NCBI GenBank assembly: GCA_951406725.2
Contig: OX597832.1
Location: 67,394,001-67,458,000 of the forward strand
DNA from: Octopus vulgaris
Taxonomy: Eukaryota
Reading direction: 5' to 3'
Length of the DNA: 64,000 bases
Each line of letters starts with the position of its first letter. Position 1 is the stretch's first letter. Both the position numbers and the translations under genes were made by a program. Below, one piece after another: positions 62,075 through 64,000 of the stretch. The notes under the pieces are model-generated. The model was not told the origin of the DNA. It saw nothing but the letters and a program-made list of their open reading frames with translations, and did no database searches.

Positions 62075-62220
62075 GCTACATTCTATTGTCAAGGAAGCTT
62101 ATAAGTTCGAAAGGAACTACATTAACCTTGAATCAGATGAAGAGCCGAAACCACTGCTACAAGCAAGCAAAGCGAATCAAACAGACTGCAAAAAGAACGG
62201 GCAGAATCAAATTGAGAGGC

Positions 62221-62275
<55 letters not shown>

Positions 62276-62611
62276 GCAATAATAATAATAATAATAATAA
62301 TACATTGGAAGATATAATAATAATGAACAAAAACTGTTCCTGTTATTGTAGGTGCCCCAGGTATGATAAAAAATGGATGTCAGAAACACCTAGACAATAT
62401 CCCTGGAAAACCATGTCTCAAGGAAATCCAAAAGATTGTGCTAACAAGTGCTGCCCACATCCTTAGAAAAACCCTATCAATGTAAATGTTTGTGTTTGCA
62501 TTACATGGAGATATATCTCCCCAAGCTTTCAGCTATATTTCAACAACTCTTAACCTTCACTTGCCCTAGGGCGCTGGGTGTGCCCCGGCAGTGAATCAAA
62601 CATGCAATTAA
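62074..62611 (+). mobile_element. Short R4/Dong fragments interleaved with (AAT)n
   Basis: KLHSIVKEAYKF (from 62074). KTVPVIVGAPGMIK...EIQKIVLTSAAHILRKTLSM* (~62330-62485) plus 3' UTR to (AAT)n. Confidence 0.75.
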
Positions 62612-62613
62612 TA

Positions 62614-62711
<98 letters not shown>

Positions 62712-62712
<1 letters not shown>

Positions 62713-63266
62713 GCCCTGATGCAGTACCAGGCAATGGCTCTCATGGCTTCTGATCTTAACTGATTGGAAGTGTTATCATGTACATTGTTTTGTCTTGGTA
62801 TAAAAGATGGGCTACAGTAAATATTCTGCTCAATACCACAGATTTGCTTGTCAGTTATTTGACCTTAAGCAGTTGAGCATGTCCCTTAGTGGCTGACGAT
62901 ATGTGCATCTCTGATCACGAGCAGAAGTAGTGGGGGAGAATCATAGCCATGTGTTGAGAGGGATTCTTTGGGGTTTGAATAATTCACCTCTGGAAACATG
63001 GGTGGTTCTTTCAACATCCTTAAACAACCCTTATTCAGGGACCTTTTGAGCGGGATGGGCTACTCAACCTGAAGAAAATTCTAACTGGGCCCCACCTGCA
63101 AGGTCATGTGCTGTTTATCTTGATATGAGTTCACCTTGTCGCGCACATATGGTTGTGATGCATGTGCCTGGTGTGTCCTTATCAGACGCGTAGTCATGAT
63201 GGGTATATTGGGCTTCGTATACTTTACCCCAGTGTCACTTTGATGGCATGAACTGCTCTCTCACTC
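62712..63266 (+). mobile_element. 555-bp non-coding element flanked by (AAT)n, copy 2
   Basis: Homologous end to end with 726-1281 (reverse complement). Confidence 0.85.
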
Positions 63267-63336
<70 letters not shown>

Positions 63337-63399
63337 TTAATGAACAATGTAATAGTACATGTGAATGGCTCTGCAGCCTGAAGCAAGCAGCTTCTTATC

Positions 63400-64000
63400 T
63401 CCAGCAAAGGACTATCCACTTCACTGAAAACAAAATCAGAAATATGAGTAAAAAGATAAGCAATTGGGAAACATCAGGACCTGATGGTCATCGTTCCCAT
63501 ATCTAGCCTTACGGGATTGACACTGACTCGAGTTTCTTGGTGTTTACCCGTCCACAGCGTGTGTTAATCACCAGTTAGTGATGATAACTCACTTCACTCA
63601 CAAAATACTATATGCTTTTTCCAGCGACGTACCGTCGCTGATCTCGAAAAAGGAGAAATAAGCTATATTAAATCTCTGATCGTGATATAAACAGTAGCAC
63701 TACGGAACCGTAACATATATTTTCCAATCAAGTGTAGCGTCCTATACAGGACAGTGCTACTGACGTTTATAACCCCATGAGGACATCTCTTAACGGCTAA
63801 CATTCTGTGTCCTTTTTCTAGATAAAGACCAATGCCTCAGAGAAATCGAGGGAAATGACAAGATTAGCACTTGGAGATGGCTAAAAAATAGGGATCTGAA
63901 AGGATTCACTGGGGCATTGATAGGCAACACCCAGGAACAAGTTCTGAGAACTAATTACACCAAGTTCCAAATAGATAAGTGTAGAATGAGTGGCAGTAGA
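63400..64000 (+). mobile_element. Degenerate R4/Dong-like fragments
   Basis: SNWETSGPDG (cf. NWKAPGPDG) near 63460; TWRWLKNRDLKGFTGALIGNTQEQVLRTNY near 63870-63960. Confidence 0.6.

Noticed and set aside
62712-62775. HDV-like or hammerhead ribozyme at the 5' end of the 555-bp element
   Set aside because: ctgatgc is not the CUGANGA core, and I could not assemble a convincing HDV double pseudoknot.

Overview
AT-rich, microsatellite-saturated animal DNA. The SINE families and simple-repeat density look like an octopus genome (recognition from memory, not a database result). No host protein-coding exon could be supported; most ORF-track entries are translations of (TA)n, (CA)n or (AAT)n. The window is dominated by mobile elements. 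(1) A head-to-tail array at 29791-38829 (minus strand): one Tx1/L1-clade retrotransposon with an open 1130-aa APE-RT ORF2, two ~1.76-kb ORF1-only partner elements and a 3' fragment of a third, all joined by the same 16-bp motif. A tRNA-derived SINE family shares their 3' tail. (2) Several minimal type-I hammerhead ribozyme motifs: a ~350-bp retrozyme-like family at two loci (10766-11157 and a tandem array at 47447-48248), and a composite tRNA-head + (AAT)n + hammerhead-tail element in two copies, one with a Penelope-style inverted 5' duplication. (3) A decayed Neptune-like Penelope element (RT + GIY-YIG). (4) Many R4/Dong RLE-type LINE pieces and a 555-bp non-coding element, all in (AAT)n tracts. 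(5) A Tc1/mariner remnant, tRNA SINEs and several foldback/MITE-like hairpins. All alignments and RNA folds were done by eye.
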